DNA from: Pristiophorus japonicus
Lineage: Eukaryota
NCBI RefSeq assembly: GCF_044704955.1
Contig: NC_091980.1
Coordinates: 41,602,001-41,666,000 of the forward strand
DNA length: 64,000 bases
Direction of reading: 5' to 3'
Below are positions 12,244-24,654 of this stretch, piece by piece. The notes beneath the pieces are model-generated. The model was not told where the DNA came from. It saw only the letters and a program-made list of their open reading frames with translations, and did not search any database. A program made the position numbers and the translations under genes. The stretch's first letter is position 1, and every line of letters begins with the position of its first letter.

Positions 12244-14695
12244 ACATAGAAACATAGAAATATAGAAAATAGGTTCAGGAGTAGGCCATTCGGCCTTTTG
12301 AGCCTGCACCACCATTCAATATGATCAAGGCTGATCATGCAACTTCAGTACCCCATTCCTGCTTTCTCTCCATACCCCTTGATCCATTTAGCCGTAAGGG
12401 CCATATCTAATTCCCTTTTGAATATATCTAACGAACTGGTCTCAACAACTCTCTGTGGTAGAGAATTCCACAGGTTCACAATTCTCTGAGTGAAGAAGTT
12501 TCTCCTCATCTCGGTCCTAAATGACTTACCCCTTATCCTTAGACTGTGACCCCTGGTTCTGGACTTCACCAACATCGGGAACATTCTTCCTGCATCTAAC
12601 CTGTCCAATCCCGTCAGAATTTTATATGTTTCTATGAGATCCCCTCTCATTCTTCTAAATTCCAGTGAATATAAGCCTAGTCGATCCAGTCTTTCTTCAT
12701 ATGTCAGTCCTGCTACCCCGGGAATCAGTCTGGTGAACCTTCGCTGCACTCCCTCAATAGCAAGAATGTCCTTCCTCAGATTAAAGCCCAAAACTGCACA
12801 CAATACTCAAGGTGTGGTCTCACCAAGACCCTGTACAACTGCAGTAAGACCTCTCTGCTCCAAAGCTCAAATCCCCTAGCTATGAAGGCCAGCATGCCAT
12901 TTGCCTTCTTCACCGCCTGCTGTACCTGCATGCTTACTTTCAATGACTGATGTACCATGACACCCAGGTCTCGTTGCACCTCCCCTTTTACTAATCTGTT
13001 ACCATTCAGATTATAATCTGCCTTCCTGTTTTTGCCACCAAAGTGGATAACCTCACACTTATCCACATTATACAGCATTTGCCATGTATTTGACCATTCA
13101 TCTAATCTATCCAAATACCCCTACAGCCTCTTAGCATCCTCCTCGCAGCTCGCACTGCTACCCAGCTTAATGTCATCTGCAAACTTGGAGACATTACGTT
13201 CAACTCCTTCGTCTAAATCATTAATATATATTGTAAATAGCTGGGGTCCCAGCACTGAACCCTGCGGCACCCCACTAGTTACTGCCTGCCATTCTGAAAA
13301 GGACCTGTTTATTCCTACTCTTTGCTTCCTGTCTGCCAACCAGTTCTCTATCCACGTCAATACATTACCCCCAATACCATGTGCCTTAATTTTGCACACT
13401 AATCTCTTGTGTGGGATCTTATCAAAAGCTTTTTGAAAGTCCAAATACACCACATCCACTGGTTCTCCCTTATCCACTCTACTAGTTACATCCTCAAAAA
13501 ACTCTGGAAGATTTGTCAAGCATGATTTCCCTTTCATAAATCCATGCTGACTTGGACCGATCCTGTCACTGCTTTGCAAATGTGCTGCTATTACATCTTT
13601 AATAATTGATTCCAGCATTTTCCCCACCACCGATGTCAGGCTAACCAGTCTATAATTCCCTGTTTTCTCTCTCCCTCCTTTTTTAAAAAGTGGAGTTACA
13701 TTAGCTACCCTCCAGTCCATAGGAACTGAACCAGAGTCCATGGAATGTTGGAAATTGCCACCAATGCATCCACTATTTCTAGGGCCACTTCCTTAAGTAC
13801 TCTGGGATGCAGACTATCAGGCCCTGGGGATTTATCGGTCTTCAGTTCCTTCAATTTCCCTAACACCATTTCGTGACTAATAAGGATCTCCCTCAGTTCC
13901 CCCTTCTCGCTAGACCCTCGGTCCCCTAGTATTTTCGGGAAGTTATTCGTGTCTTCCTTAATGAAGACAGAACCAAAGTATTTGTTCAATTGGTCTGCCA
14001 TTTCCTTGTTCCCCATTATGAATTTGCCTGATGCTGACTGTAAGGGACCTACATTAGTCTTCACTAATCTTTTTCTCTTCACATATCTATAAAAGCTTTT
14101 GCAGTCAGTTTTTATGCAAACTTACTCTCATGCTCTATTTTCCCCCTCCTAACTAAATCCTTAGTCCTCCTCTGCTGAATTCTAAATTTCTCCCAGTCCT
14201 CAGGTTTGCTGCTTTTTCTGACCAATTTATATGCCTCCTCCTTGGATTTAACACTTACCCTAATTTCCCTCGTTAGCCACGGTTGAGCCACCTTCCCTTT
14301 TTTATTCTTATGCCACACAGGGATGTACAATTGTTGTAGTTCATCCATATGATATTTAAATGTCTGCCAGTGCCTATCCACCATCAACCCTTTAAGTATC
14401 ATTCTCCAGTCTATCCTAGCCAATTCACATCTCATACCGTCAAAGTTTCCTTTCTTTAAGTTCAGGACCCTAGTCTCTGAGTTAACTGTGTCACTCTCCA
14501 GCTTAATGAAGAATTCTACATTATTATGGTCACTCTTCCCCAAGGGGCCCCGCAAGACCAGATTGCTAATTAATCCTCTCTCATTACACAAGACCCAGTC
14601 TAAGATGGCCTGCTCTCTAGTTGGTTCCTCGAAATATTGGTCTCGAAAACCATCCCTTATACACTCCAGGAAATCCTCCTCCACAGTATTGCTAC

Positions 14696-17600
14696 TGTCA
14701 TGTATTTCACCATCTTACAATGGCAATAGTTATGTAACTGTAACTCATGCACACTGTACCAGTACCCTTGAAATGCACACCCTGATCATAAGGGGTGAAC
14801 TTGCGGGAGACACTCCTCACCTGGGTTTCCAGGTATAAAAGGGGAGGCCCCACCCAGGGTCAGTACTCCTTGGTCCTGGGAATAAAGTGAAGGTCACGGA
14901 ATGACCATGTCTGATATATACATGCCTCGTGTGAGTTTGTAAAAGGTGCAGAGACACTACATTTGGTGACGAGAAACGGGAATCACTGAACCACGGGGAT
15001 GGCCACCGGTGGCACAAAGGAACGCTACTCTGCGGGTGAGGACTGGGACGACTTTGCGGAAAGACTCCAGCAGAGTGGTCCACAGACGTATGCGCTGATG
15101 AAAGACCTGCTCGCATCACAAAAGTCAGTGGACAAGTCCTTCGAAGAGCTCAGCCAGCTGATCAGTGAGCATCTAAAGCCGGCAAGTAGCGTACACATGG
15201 CCCGGCACCGGTTCTTCTCTCACCGGCGTCGAGAGGGTCAAAACATCTCGGACTTTGTGGCGGAACTGCAGCGTTTGGCCAGTCTCTGTAAGTTCTCCGA
15301 TGCCTGCCGGGGGGAGATGTTAAGGGACTTTTTCATCGAGGGCATTAATCATGCCGGCATTTTCAGGAAGCTCATAAAGACTAAGGACTTGACTTTAGAA
15401 GGGGTGGCGTTGATAGCTCAGACCGTTATGGCAGGGGATGAGGAGACCAAGCTAATTTACGCAAGCAGCCCTGGTTTTAACATTGCGATGAACCAGGGAG
15501 TTAATGTTGTAAAAGTCATACAGAACCCCGCAGGCAGGCAAGGGCAATTCGACACCGCCCAGGCAGCAACAAGCTCCAGGGTGGGCCCGCAACAGGGACA
15601 ATGGAAAGGGGATTGGCAATTCATGCCATCACGAGGAACAATGCATCCCATGATGGGACCATTAACACCCTCCATCAGAGTGCTTAGAAACAGCCAAATG
15701 GGCCATCAGAGAGGAATGCCTGGGAATAGTCTTTTTGTTAACAGCACTCTCAGCTCATGCTGGAGGTGTGGGGGTAGACATACTGCTAAAATCTGCAGGT
15801 TCCAGCTTTATACCTGTAGGATTTGTAATGTCAGTGGACACTTGGCCAGGATGTGCAAAAAGTCAGTAGTGAGGCTAGTCTGCAAGACAGAGGAACCAGA
15901 CGAGAGGTCTGCAATGCAGGATGAGGCCTGGGGAACAACCATGGATGCTGAAGTTCAGAGAGTTCATGTGGCTGACGTCCACAGCTCATACACTAAAATG
16001 CCACCCATGATGATGAAAGTCTTACTGAATGGCATCCCGGTGCACATGGATACGGGAGCTAGCCAGTCACTCATGAGCGCCCAACAATTTGAGAGACTAT
16101 GGCCACACAGAGCTAGCAGGCCCAAACTGGAACACATTGAGACGCAGCTACGTACGTGCACCAAAGAGATAATCCCAGTGCTGGGCAGTGCAAACTTGGT
16201 GGTAACGCATAATTGATTAAAGAACCGGTTGCCACTCTGGATTGTTCCGGGAAATGGCCCCGTGCTTTTGGGGAGGAGTTGGCTAGCTGAGATGAATTGG
16301 AAATGGGGGGATGTGCACGCCATTTCATCCGTGGAGCGAAGTTCATGCTCGCAGGTATTGCAAAAATTCGAGTCACTCTTTTAATCCGGTGTCGAACGTT
16401 CAAAGGCACTAAAGTAGTGATACGCATCACTCCGAACGCCAGACCAGTGCACCACAAAGCCAGAGCGGTGCCGTACGTGATGCATGAAAAAATTGAAAGT
16501 GAACTGGACAGGCTGCTCAGAGAGGGCATAATTTCGGCCGTTGAATTCAGCGACTGGGCAATTCCCATCGTTCCCGTCCTCAAAGCAGATGGGTCGGTTA
16601 GGATTTGTGGCAACTACAAAGCCACCATCAACCGAGTGTCGCTGCAAGATCAATACCCGCTTCTGAGAGCGGAGGACCTTTTTACCACGCTGGCAGGCGG
16701 AAAGCTGTTCATGAATTTGGACCTCACTTCGGCCTACATGACTCAGGAACTGGCGGAAGACTCCAAGCTTCTGACCACCATCACGACGCACAGAGGATTA
16801 TTTGTCTACAACAGGTGCCCGTTTGGCATTCGTTCGGCAGCGGCTATCTTTCAACGAAACATGGAAAGCTTGCTCAAGTCCATCCCTGGAACGGTCGTAT
16901 TCCAAGACGACTTCCTTATAACGGGTCGAGACACCGAGGAACACCTCTGCAACCTGGAGGAGGTGCTACGCTGATTGGATCGGGTAGGCTTTCGGCTGAA
17001 AAAGGCCAAGTGCGTGTTTCTGGCCCCAGAGGTCGAGTTCCTGGGCAGGAAGGTTACCGCAGACGGGATCCGGCCCACTGAATCAAAAACTGAGGTGATT
17101 CGCCGGGCGCCCAGTCCCGGCAACACGTCGGAGTTGCGATCATTCCTGGGACTTTTGAACTATTTTGGGAACTTTCTGCCGAACTTAAGCACATTGTTGG
17201 AGCCGTTACACATGCTCCTCCGTAAAGGGTGTGAATGGCTTTGGGGGGATTGTCAAGAACGGCTTTCAATAAGGCGAGGAACCTGCTGTGTTCCAACAAA
17301 CTGTTAACTTTGTATGACCCCTCTAAAAAACTGGTTTTAACATGCGATGCGTCATCCTACGGGGTTGGGTGTGTGTTGCAGCAGGGTAACGATGACGGCC
17401 GACTCCAACCGGTGGCTTACACCTCCAGGTCGCTCTCCCAGGCAGAGCATGGATACGGCATGGTCAAGAAGGAGGCACTCGTGTGTGTGTACGATGTGAA
17501 AAAGATGCACCAGTACCTTTTCGATAGACAGTTCGAGCTAGAGACGGACTACAACCCGTTAACATCCCTGTTGTCCAACAGCAAGGCTGTCAACGCTAAC

Positions 17601-19376
17601 GCGTCAGCTCGCATACAGCGATGGGCCCTCACGCTGGCTGCGTATGACTACACCATACGGCACCGGCCAGGCACCGACAATTGCGCTGACGCACTCAGCA
17701 GGCTCCCACTGGCCACCACCGAAGGGGCGTCGGAGCAGAGCGCCGAGATGGTCATGGCCGTTGAGGCTTTTGACACTGCGGGCTCTCCCATCACAGCCCG
17801 ACAGATCAAACTCTGGACCAACAGGGACCGCCTCCTATCCATGATAAAGAAATGTGTCCTGACTGGGAATTGGGTGCCCGCACACTGGGCATGCCCCGAC
17901 GAAGTCAGGCCGTTTCAGAGATGGATGGATGAACTCTCTATCCAAGCCGACTGCCTGGGACAGCCGGGTAGTCATGCCCCAGAAAGGAAGGGAAGCGTTC
18001 ATCAGGGAACTCCACAGCGAGCACCCTGGCATCGTGTTAATGAAGGTCATTGCTCGGTCACATGTATGGTGGCCGGGGATTGACTCAGACCTGGAACACT
18101 GGGTTCGCAGGGGCATGACGTGTGCCCAGCTGGGCAATGCCCCCAGGGAGGCCCCATTCAGCCCGTGGCCCTAGCCCACCAGGCTATGGTCATGCATTCA
18201 CGTAGACGATGCGGGCCCGTTCATGGGGAAAACGTTCCTGATCATTGTCGGTGAATACTCGAAGTGGATCGAGTGCATCATATTGAGCTCGTGCACGACA
18301 TCCATCACTGTGGAGAGTCTGCGGATGGTTTTCGTGACCCACGGCTTGCCGGACATCCTGGTGAGCGACAGTGGCCTGTGTTTTACCAGCCATGAATTCC
18401 AGGAATTTATGTCGGGCAATGGGATCAAGCACGTCCGGACAGCGCCGTTCAAGCCGGCTTCCAATGGCCAGGCGGAACGGGCGGTCCAAGTCATAAAGCA
18501 AGGCATGCTACGCATTCAAGGACCCTCCCTTCAGTACCTCCTATTGCGCCTCCTGCTGGCCTACAGGTCCCGGCCGCACTCGCTCACGGGAGTCCCGCCA
18601 GCGGAACTCCTCATGAAACGCACGCTCAAGACGCGGCTGTCCCTCATTCATCTAGACCTGGCAGACATTGTTGAGGGCAAGCGCCAATCCCAAACCGAGC
18701 TCCATGATCAAGGCTCAAGGGGGAGGTGTATAGAAATAGATGACCCGGTATATGTTCTTAACCATGCTTTGGGACCCAAATGGCTTGAGGGCACCGTAAT
18801 TGGCAAAGAAGGAAACAGGGTCATAGTGGTCAGACTAAACAATGGGCAGATATGCCTCAAACACTTGGACCAAGTAAAGACAAGGTTCAGCATAGACACG
18901 GAGGAACCGGGAGAAGAGCATGATGAGATGGCACCCACACCACTGCCAGCGTACGAGCAACAAAGACAGCCCTCAGCATGCACAGTCCCGGCGGTCAGCC
19001 CGGACAGGCCGGAATCACCTCAAGTGACAGAAACGTGTGCTGAGGCTCAGACACAAGAGCCACAACTGCGGCGCTCCACGAGAGAGCGTCGACCACCCGA
19101 TAGACTTAACCTCTGAAACTAAAAGACTTAAGGGGGGAGGTGATGTCATGTATTTCATCATCTTGCAATGACAATAGTTATGTAACTGTAACTCATGCAC
19201 ACTGTACCTGTACCCTTGAAATGCACACCCTGACGATAGGGGATGAGCTTGCGGGAGATACTCCTCACCTGGGTTTCCAGGTATAAAAGGGGAGGTCCCA
19301 CCCAGGGTCAGCACTCCTTGGTCCTGGGAATAAAGTGAAGGTCACAGAGTTTGTAACAGGGTGCAGAGACACTACA
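14696..19376 (+). mobile_element. Full-length Ty3/Gypsy LTR retrotransposon A (Mag-like; gag-PR-RT-RH-IN, several frameshifts and stops)
   Basis: LTRs 14696-14961 and 19144-19376 (TG...CA); 5-bp TSD GCTAC; PBS tggtgacgag; PPT aggggggagg; tandem Zn knuckles CWRCGG../CRICNVSGH; DTGA protease; FQDD RT; TCDAS RNase H; integrase SNGQAER. Confidence 0.97.
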
Positions 19377-21249
19377 GCTACCAGTTTGGTTCGCCCAATC
19401 AATATGCAGATTAAAGTCACCCATGATAACTGCTGTACCTTTATTGCACGCATCGCTAATTTCCTGTTTGATGCCATCTCCAAACTCCCTACTACTGTTT
19501 GGTGGTCTGTACACAACTCCCTCTAATGTTTTCTGTCCTTTGGTGTTTCGCAGCTCTACCCATATAGATTCCATGTCATCCACGCTAATGTCCTTTCTTA
19601 CTATTGCATTAATCTCCTCTTTAACCAGTAACGCTACCCCACCTTCTTTTCCTTCCTGTCTGTCCTTCCTGAATATTGAATACCCCTGGATGTTGAGTTC
19701 CCAGCCTTGGTTACCTTGGAGCCATGTCTATGTAATCCCAATTACAACATATCCGTTAACAGCTATCTGCGCAGTCAGTTCATCCACCTTATTGCGAATG
19801 CTCCTTGCATTGAGACTCAGAACCTTCAGGCTTGTTTTTTTAACACTCTTTGTCCTTTTAGAATTATGTTGTAATGTGGCCCTTTTTGATTTTTTCCCTT
19901 GATTTCTCTGCCCTCCGCTCTTGCTTTTCTCCTTCCTACCTTTTGCTTCTGCCCCCTTTTTACTTCCCTCTGCCTCCCTGCATAGATTCCCATCCCCCTG
20001 CCATATTAGTTTAAACCCTCCCCAACAGCACTAGCAAACACCCCGACTAGGGCATCGGTTCCGGTCCTGCCCAGGTGCAGACCGTCCGTTTGTACTGGTC
20101 TCACCTCCCCCAGAACTGGTTCCAATGTCCCAGGAATTTGAATTCCTCCCTCTTGCACCATTCCTCAAGTCACGTATTGACCTGAGCTATCCTGCAATTC
20201 CTACCAGCACGTGGCGCTCGTAGCAATCCTGAGATTACTACCTTTGAGGTTCTACTTTTTAATTTAACTCCTAGCTCCCTAAATTCAGCTTGTAGGACCT
20301 CATCCCATTTTTTTACCTATATTTTTGGTACCTATATGTACCACGACAGCTGGCTGTTCACCCTCCCCCTCCAGAATGCGCTGCACCCGCTCTGAGACAT
20401 CCTTGACCCTTGCACCAGGGAGGCAACATACCATCCTGGAGTCTCGTTTGCGGCCACAGAAACGTCTATCTATTCCCCTTACAATTGAATCTCCTATCAC
20501 TATAGCTCTCCCACTCTTTTTCCTGCCCTCCTGTGCAGCAGAGCCACCCCTGGTGCCATGGACTTGGCTGCTGCTGCCTTCCCCTGATGTGTCATCTCCC
20601 CCAACAGTACCTAAGGTGGTGTATCTGTTTTGGTGGGAGATGACCGCAGGGGACCCCTGCACTACCTTCCTTCCACTGCTCTGCCTGATGGTCACGCATT
20701 CCCTATCTGGCTGTGTAACCTTTACCTGCGGTGTGACCAACTCACTAAACATACTATTCACGACATCCTCAGCAGCGCGGATGCTTCAGAGTGAATCCAT
20801 GCGCAGCTCCAGTGCCGCAATGCTCCTGCACATGTAGTTGTTAGGGACACTGGAAGCATACCTGACTTCCCACATAGTACAGGAGGAGCATGACATAGGT
20901 CTGGGCTCTCCTGTCATGGCTTAAATTAACCTAATTGATAACAATACCAAAGATTTCTTACTGATCAGAAAAGAAAAAGAAAAAGATTAAATACTCACCA
21001 ATCCACCAGCCAATCACTCTTGGCTATGATGTCACACTTCGATTTCTTTTTACTTCTTTGTTTATCTTCTGCCCCTGTCCCTGCACTAGCTGGCCTCCTC
21101 CGACTGCTGGGCCCCTTTTTATGGGCCTCGCTGCTCACGACCTGCTCCGCTCTTACCTCCTCCGACTCTTCAGCTCCCGCTCTTTTTAAACTGCCCGCTC
21201 CTTCGACTCTCCGATCCTTGTCAGAAGTGAATTCCTCGCCTACCTCCGG

Positions 21250-21540
21250 CCCGCCTGCTCCTCGGACTCCTGGCCTCCCAAACTCACGGACTTCCGCTTT
21301 CGGACTCTCCCGAACTTGGACTCTCCCGAACTCTCGGATTCTCCCAAACTCACGTACCTCCGAACTCTCTGGCTTCCCGAACTCACGGACTCCTGACCTC
21401 CCGAACTCACAGGCTCCTGGCTTCCCGAACTTCTCTTAATCCTGGCCTCCCGAACTCATGGACCTCCCCAACTCTCTGGCCTCACGAACTCACGGGCTCC
21501 TGGCTTCCTGAACTCTCGGACTCCTAGCCTCCCGAACTCA
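21250..21540 (-). repeat. Tandem array at the 5' end of the second CR1
   Basis: Many ctcccgaactc(a/t)cggact(cctggc) units of ~17-24 bp. Confidence 0.8.
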
Positions 21541-22034
21541 TGTGAAACTGTACTCATGTTTCTATTAACAGAATTAATGGATGGCTGATGCCGAAACTGA
21601 AGGAAAAAGCCTGCTTAAAGAATGTATGCTTGTGACAAAAAGTCACTTCAAAATTCACTCTGTACCTTCAGAGATGTTCCCTTTCACAGAGAAATTGTTG
21701 CCTTCTAATCTGCTCCTCTCAATTTACAGAGGCACACATTCCCTAAAACGCACCCTCTCCAAATTTACAAAGGGACTATTCTCCTCCAACATCCAGTTCA
21801 CCCATTCCTCCTCCCAAATTCATTCTACCTTCTCCGTATGCTCCTCATTGCAATTCCTACCTAATGCTGATTGGTTTTTGGTTCCAGTTTTAGTCTCTAT
21901 GGACAGAAATTTTGTTCGAGAGAATTTTCACTTGCAGGAGAGTCCAATCCAGAGCAAAACCACAGCATACAGTGCAAATAAAATGGGTACATGGTGCTGA
22001 AGCCACCCTTCCCTCCTGCATTCCAAAAATAACC

Positions 22035-22619
22035 TCGATCCACATGGTGCCAGCGGCCTCCTTCCTGACCATAAAGTAGTGTGCGGCGGCCTGGCCAGGA
22101 AATCGGCGTGGTCCCGGCCTGCAAGACTATCAGCAGGCCGGGGCCATCAGAGGGAGCAGCGTGCGGCGGCGTACCACTGCAGGAGGGCGATGGCTGGGAA
22201 GTGCGGGCAGGCACAGCAGGAGGGGCGAAGGAGCAGCAAGAGTTTGTAGAAGGAAGTGACTGGGGCCCAGGAGAGGCGTGAATCTGGGGCCCAGAAGAGG
22301 CGAGGGCCCAGGGGCAGCAAGGGCCAACTGACACTGCGATATGTGTGTGCGCTCGGTCCATGCAGCAGAGCTGGTCTCCAGTCGTCTTGGGTAATCCTTG
22401 CCACTGGACCAAGACCTAGCTCTGTCAAGCCCGTGTGGTGGCTGGTGTGCAACAGCCACCACACGTTAAAAAAATCCAAGCACGGGCATTTTCCACATTC
22501 TAAGATATAGTTCAGGATCTGGAATATTAGGTCCTTCATGGAAACACCTGTGAACTCATTCCTTTTTGGTCTGGAAACAAGTCATCCTCGCTTCGAGGGA
22601 CTGCCTATGATGATGAAAG
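22035..22619 (+). mobile_element. Non-coding retroposon with RTE-type 3' tail, copy 1
   Basis: Ends caagtcatcctcgcttcgagggactgcctatgatgatga; candidate TSD AAAATAACC (22026-22034 and 22620-22628); homologous to three other copies in the window. Confidence 0.75.
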
Positions 22620-24037
22620 AAAATAACCCATGGCTCCCACTGGCATAAAATGAAAGGCTGAAATTGATGGTATCCTTATATGAAATGAGTTTTAACAGTT
22701 TTCCAATAATATTAGGCTGGTGACTTGCCCTGTCCTACTGAAGTCATTTATCAAGAAAGAAAGGAAAAAAGAAAGACTTGTATTCATATAGCGTTTTTCA
22801 CAACCACCGGATGTCTCAAAGCGCTTTACAGCCAATTAACTACTTTTGGAGTGTAGTCACTGTTGTAATGTGGAAAAATTGCAGTCATGTACTGCATTTT
22901 GGAGCTGCTTGCTGCTCCACATTCGTAAGCCCTGAGGTATTACTGTGTTCCTAACACAGATGAGGCTGCACACAGGGAGGTTAAAGTAACAGTGACCTCA
23001 GTCTTTAATAAGACACTCCAGAGTGAGGAACAGGCCTTAGGGGCTGGCTTATATACAGTGCTCCCAAGGGATGCTGGGATCCCGTTGGACTTCAGGGGAT
23101 GAGCTCCTTGGTGGGAGTGCATGCTTTACAGATACACAACATCAACCCCCCCACAAAGTCAAAGTGAAAACTATTCACAAGGTGAGGCGGTCGGGAGCCT
23201 TTCTTTCACTGGTGGACCGCCTCGGTAGAAATGTCTGATCTGGTGTGTTGGCTGTGCCCTCGCTGGGCTGGTGTGTTGTTGGCCCTGCAGGGCTACTAGG
23301 TGAGCCTGGCCTTGCTGGGCTGTTGGGCGTGATGGATTTGATTTCCTGGTCCGGCGTGGTGTCGTTGATCCTTTGGGTGTGTGTTGTTGGCTCGAAAAAG
23401 GTGGTGTCTGCTGTGGGTTGTTCAGGGCAGTCTGGGAACTGCAGCCTCGTTTGGTCCAGGTGCTTTCTGCAAATTTGTCCATTATCTAGTTTGACTACAA
23501 ACACCCTACTCCCTTCTTTAGCTATCACCGTGCCCGTGATCCACTTGGGACCACATCCATTGTTTAGCACATACACAGGGTCATTCAGATCAATTTTCCG
23601 TGACAGTGGCGTGACCATTGTTTACATTTTGTTGCTGCCGCCTGCTCTCTACCTGATCTTGCAGGTTGGGGTGAACCAGCGAGAGTCTGGTTTTAAGTGT
23701 CCTTTTCATGAGTAGCTCAGCCGGGGGCACCCCTGTGAGTGAGTGGGGTCTCGTGCGGTAGCTGAGCAGTACTCGGGACAGGCGGGTTTGGAGTGAGCCT
23801 TCTGTGTCTCGTTTAAGACTCTGTTTGATGGTTTGTACTGCCCGCTCTGCCTGCCTATTGGAGGCTGGTTTAAACGGGGCCGAGGCGACATGTTTGATCC
23901 CATTGCGGGTCATGAATTCTTTAAATTCGGCACTGGTGAAACATGGCCCATTGTCACTGACCAGTATGTCATGCAGGCTGTGGGTGGCAAATATGGCCCT
24001 CAGGCTTTCAATGCTGGCGGTGGTGGTGCTTCGCGAC

Positions 24038-24284
24038 TGTCATGTTTGTAACTACAATGTAACACTACTGTATTACTGTATACAATCAACTTAGATGCAC
24101 ACCTTGACCACAGGAGGTGAACTTGTGGGAGACACTCCTTACCTGATCACATAGGTATATAAAGGGAGTTCCCACGCAGGGTCATCACTTCTGGACTCGT
24201 GTAATAAAGAACTAAGGTCACAGAGTGGCCTTGTCCCTGGAATGTGCCTCGTGTGGTTTCATGGTGTAGAGTAAGGACTTTACA
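24038..24284 (+). mobile_element. Solo LTR C inserted in the integrase of B
   Basis: TG...CA, perfect TSD GCGAC, TATA and AATAAA; related to the LTR of element A (ggtgaacttg.gggagacactcct.acctg). Confidence 0.93.
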
Positions 24285-24654
24285 GCGACATTATTTCACA
24301 TTCAATCCATTTTGAAAAAGCATCCACCACCACCAGGAACACTTTACCGAGAAATGGGCCCGCATAGTCGAAATGGATCCTCGACCATGGTGGTGCCTCT
24401 CTGGGCACGTTGCTCAACTGAGCACATACGCTGCATTGCCGTATACAGGACTCTAAGTCAGAGTCGATACCGGGCCACCACACATGGGATCTGACTATCA
24501 CTTTCATCATTACTATACCCGGGTGTGTGCTTGCTGTGGAGATCCGAAATGAACGTCTCCCTGCCCTTTTGGGGTAGCACTATGCGGTTACCACACAACA
24601 GGCCTGCATGCCTGCATGGCTCTTGCATTCCAATGGGGATGCTGGCCCAGCTCC

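Larger units (their letters stand above)
12243..21540 (-). mobile_element. Near full-length CR1 LINE, split by a Gypsy insertion in its endonuclease domain
   Basis: Tail (aacataga)n at the left; RT 12345-14082; endonuclease halves at 14112-14690 and 19382-19830 join across the insertion (..NQTGS | NTVEEDFLE); ORF1 esterase 20300-20761; 5' tandem array 21250-21540. Confidence 0.95.
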
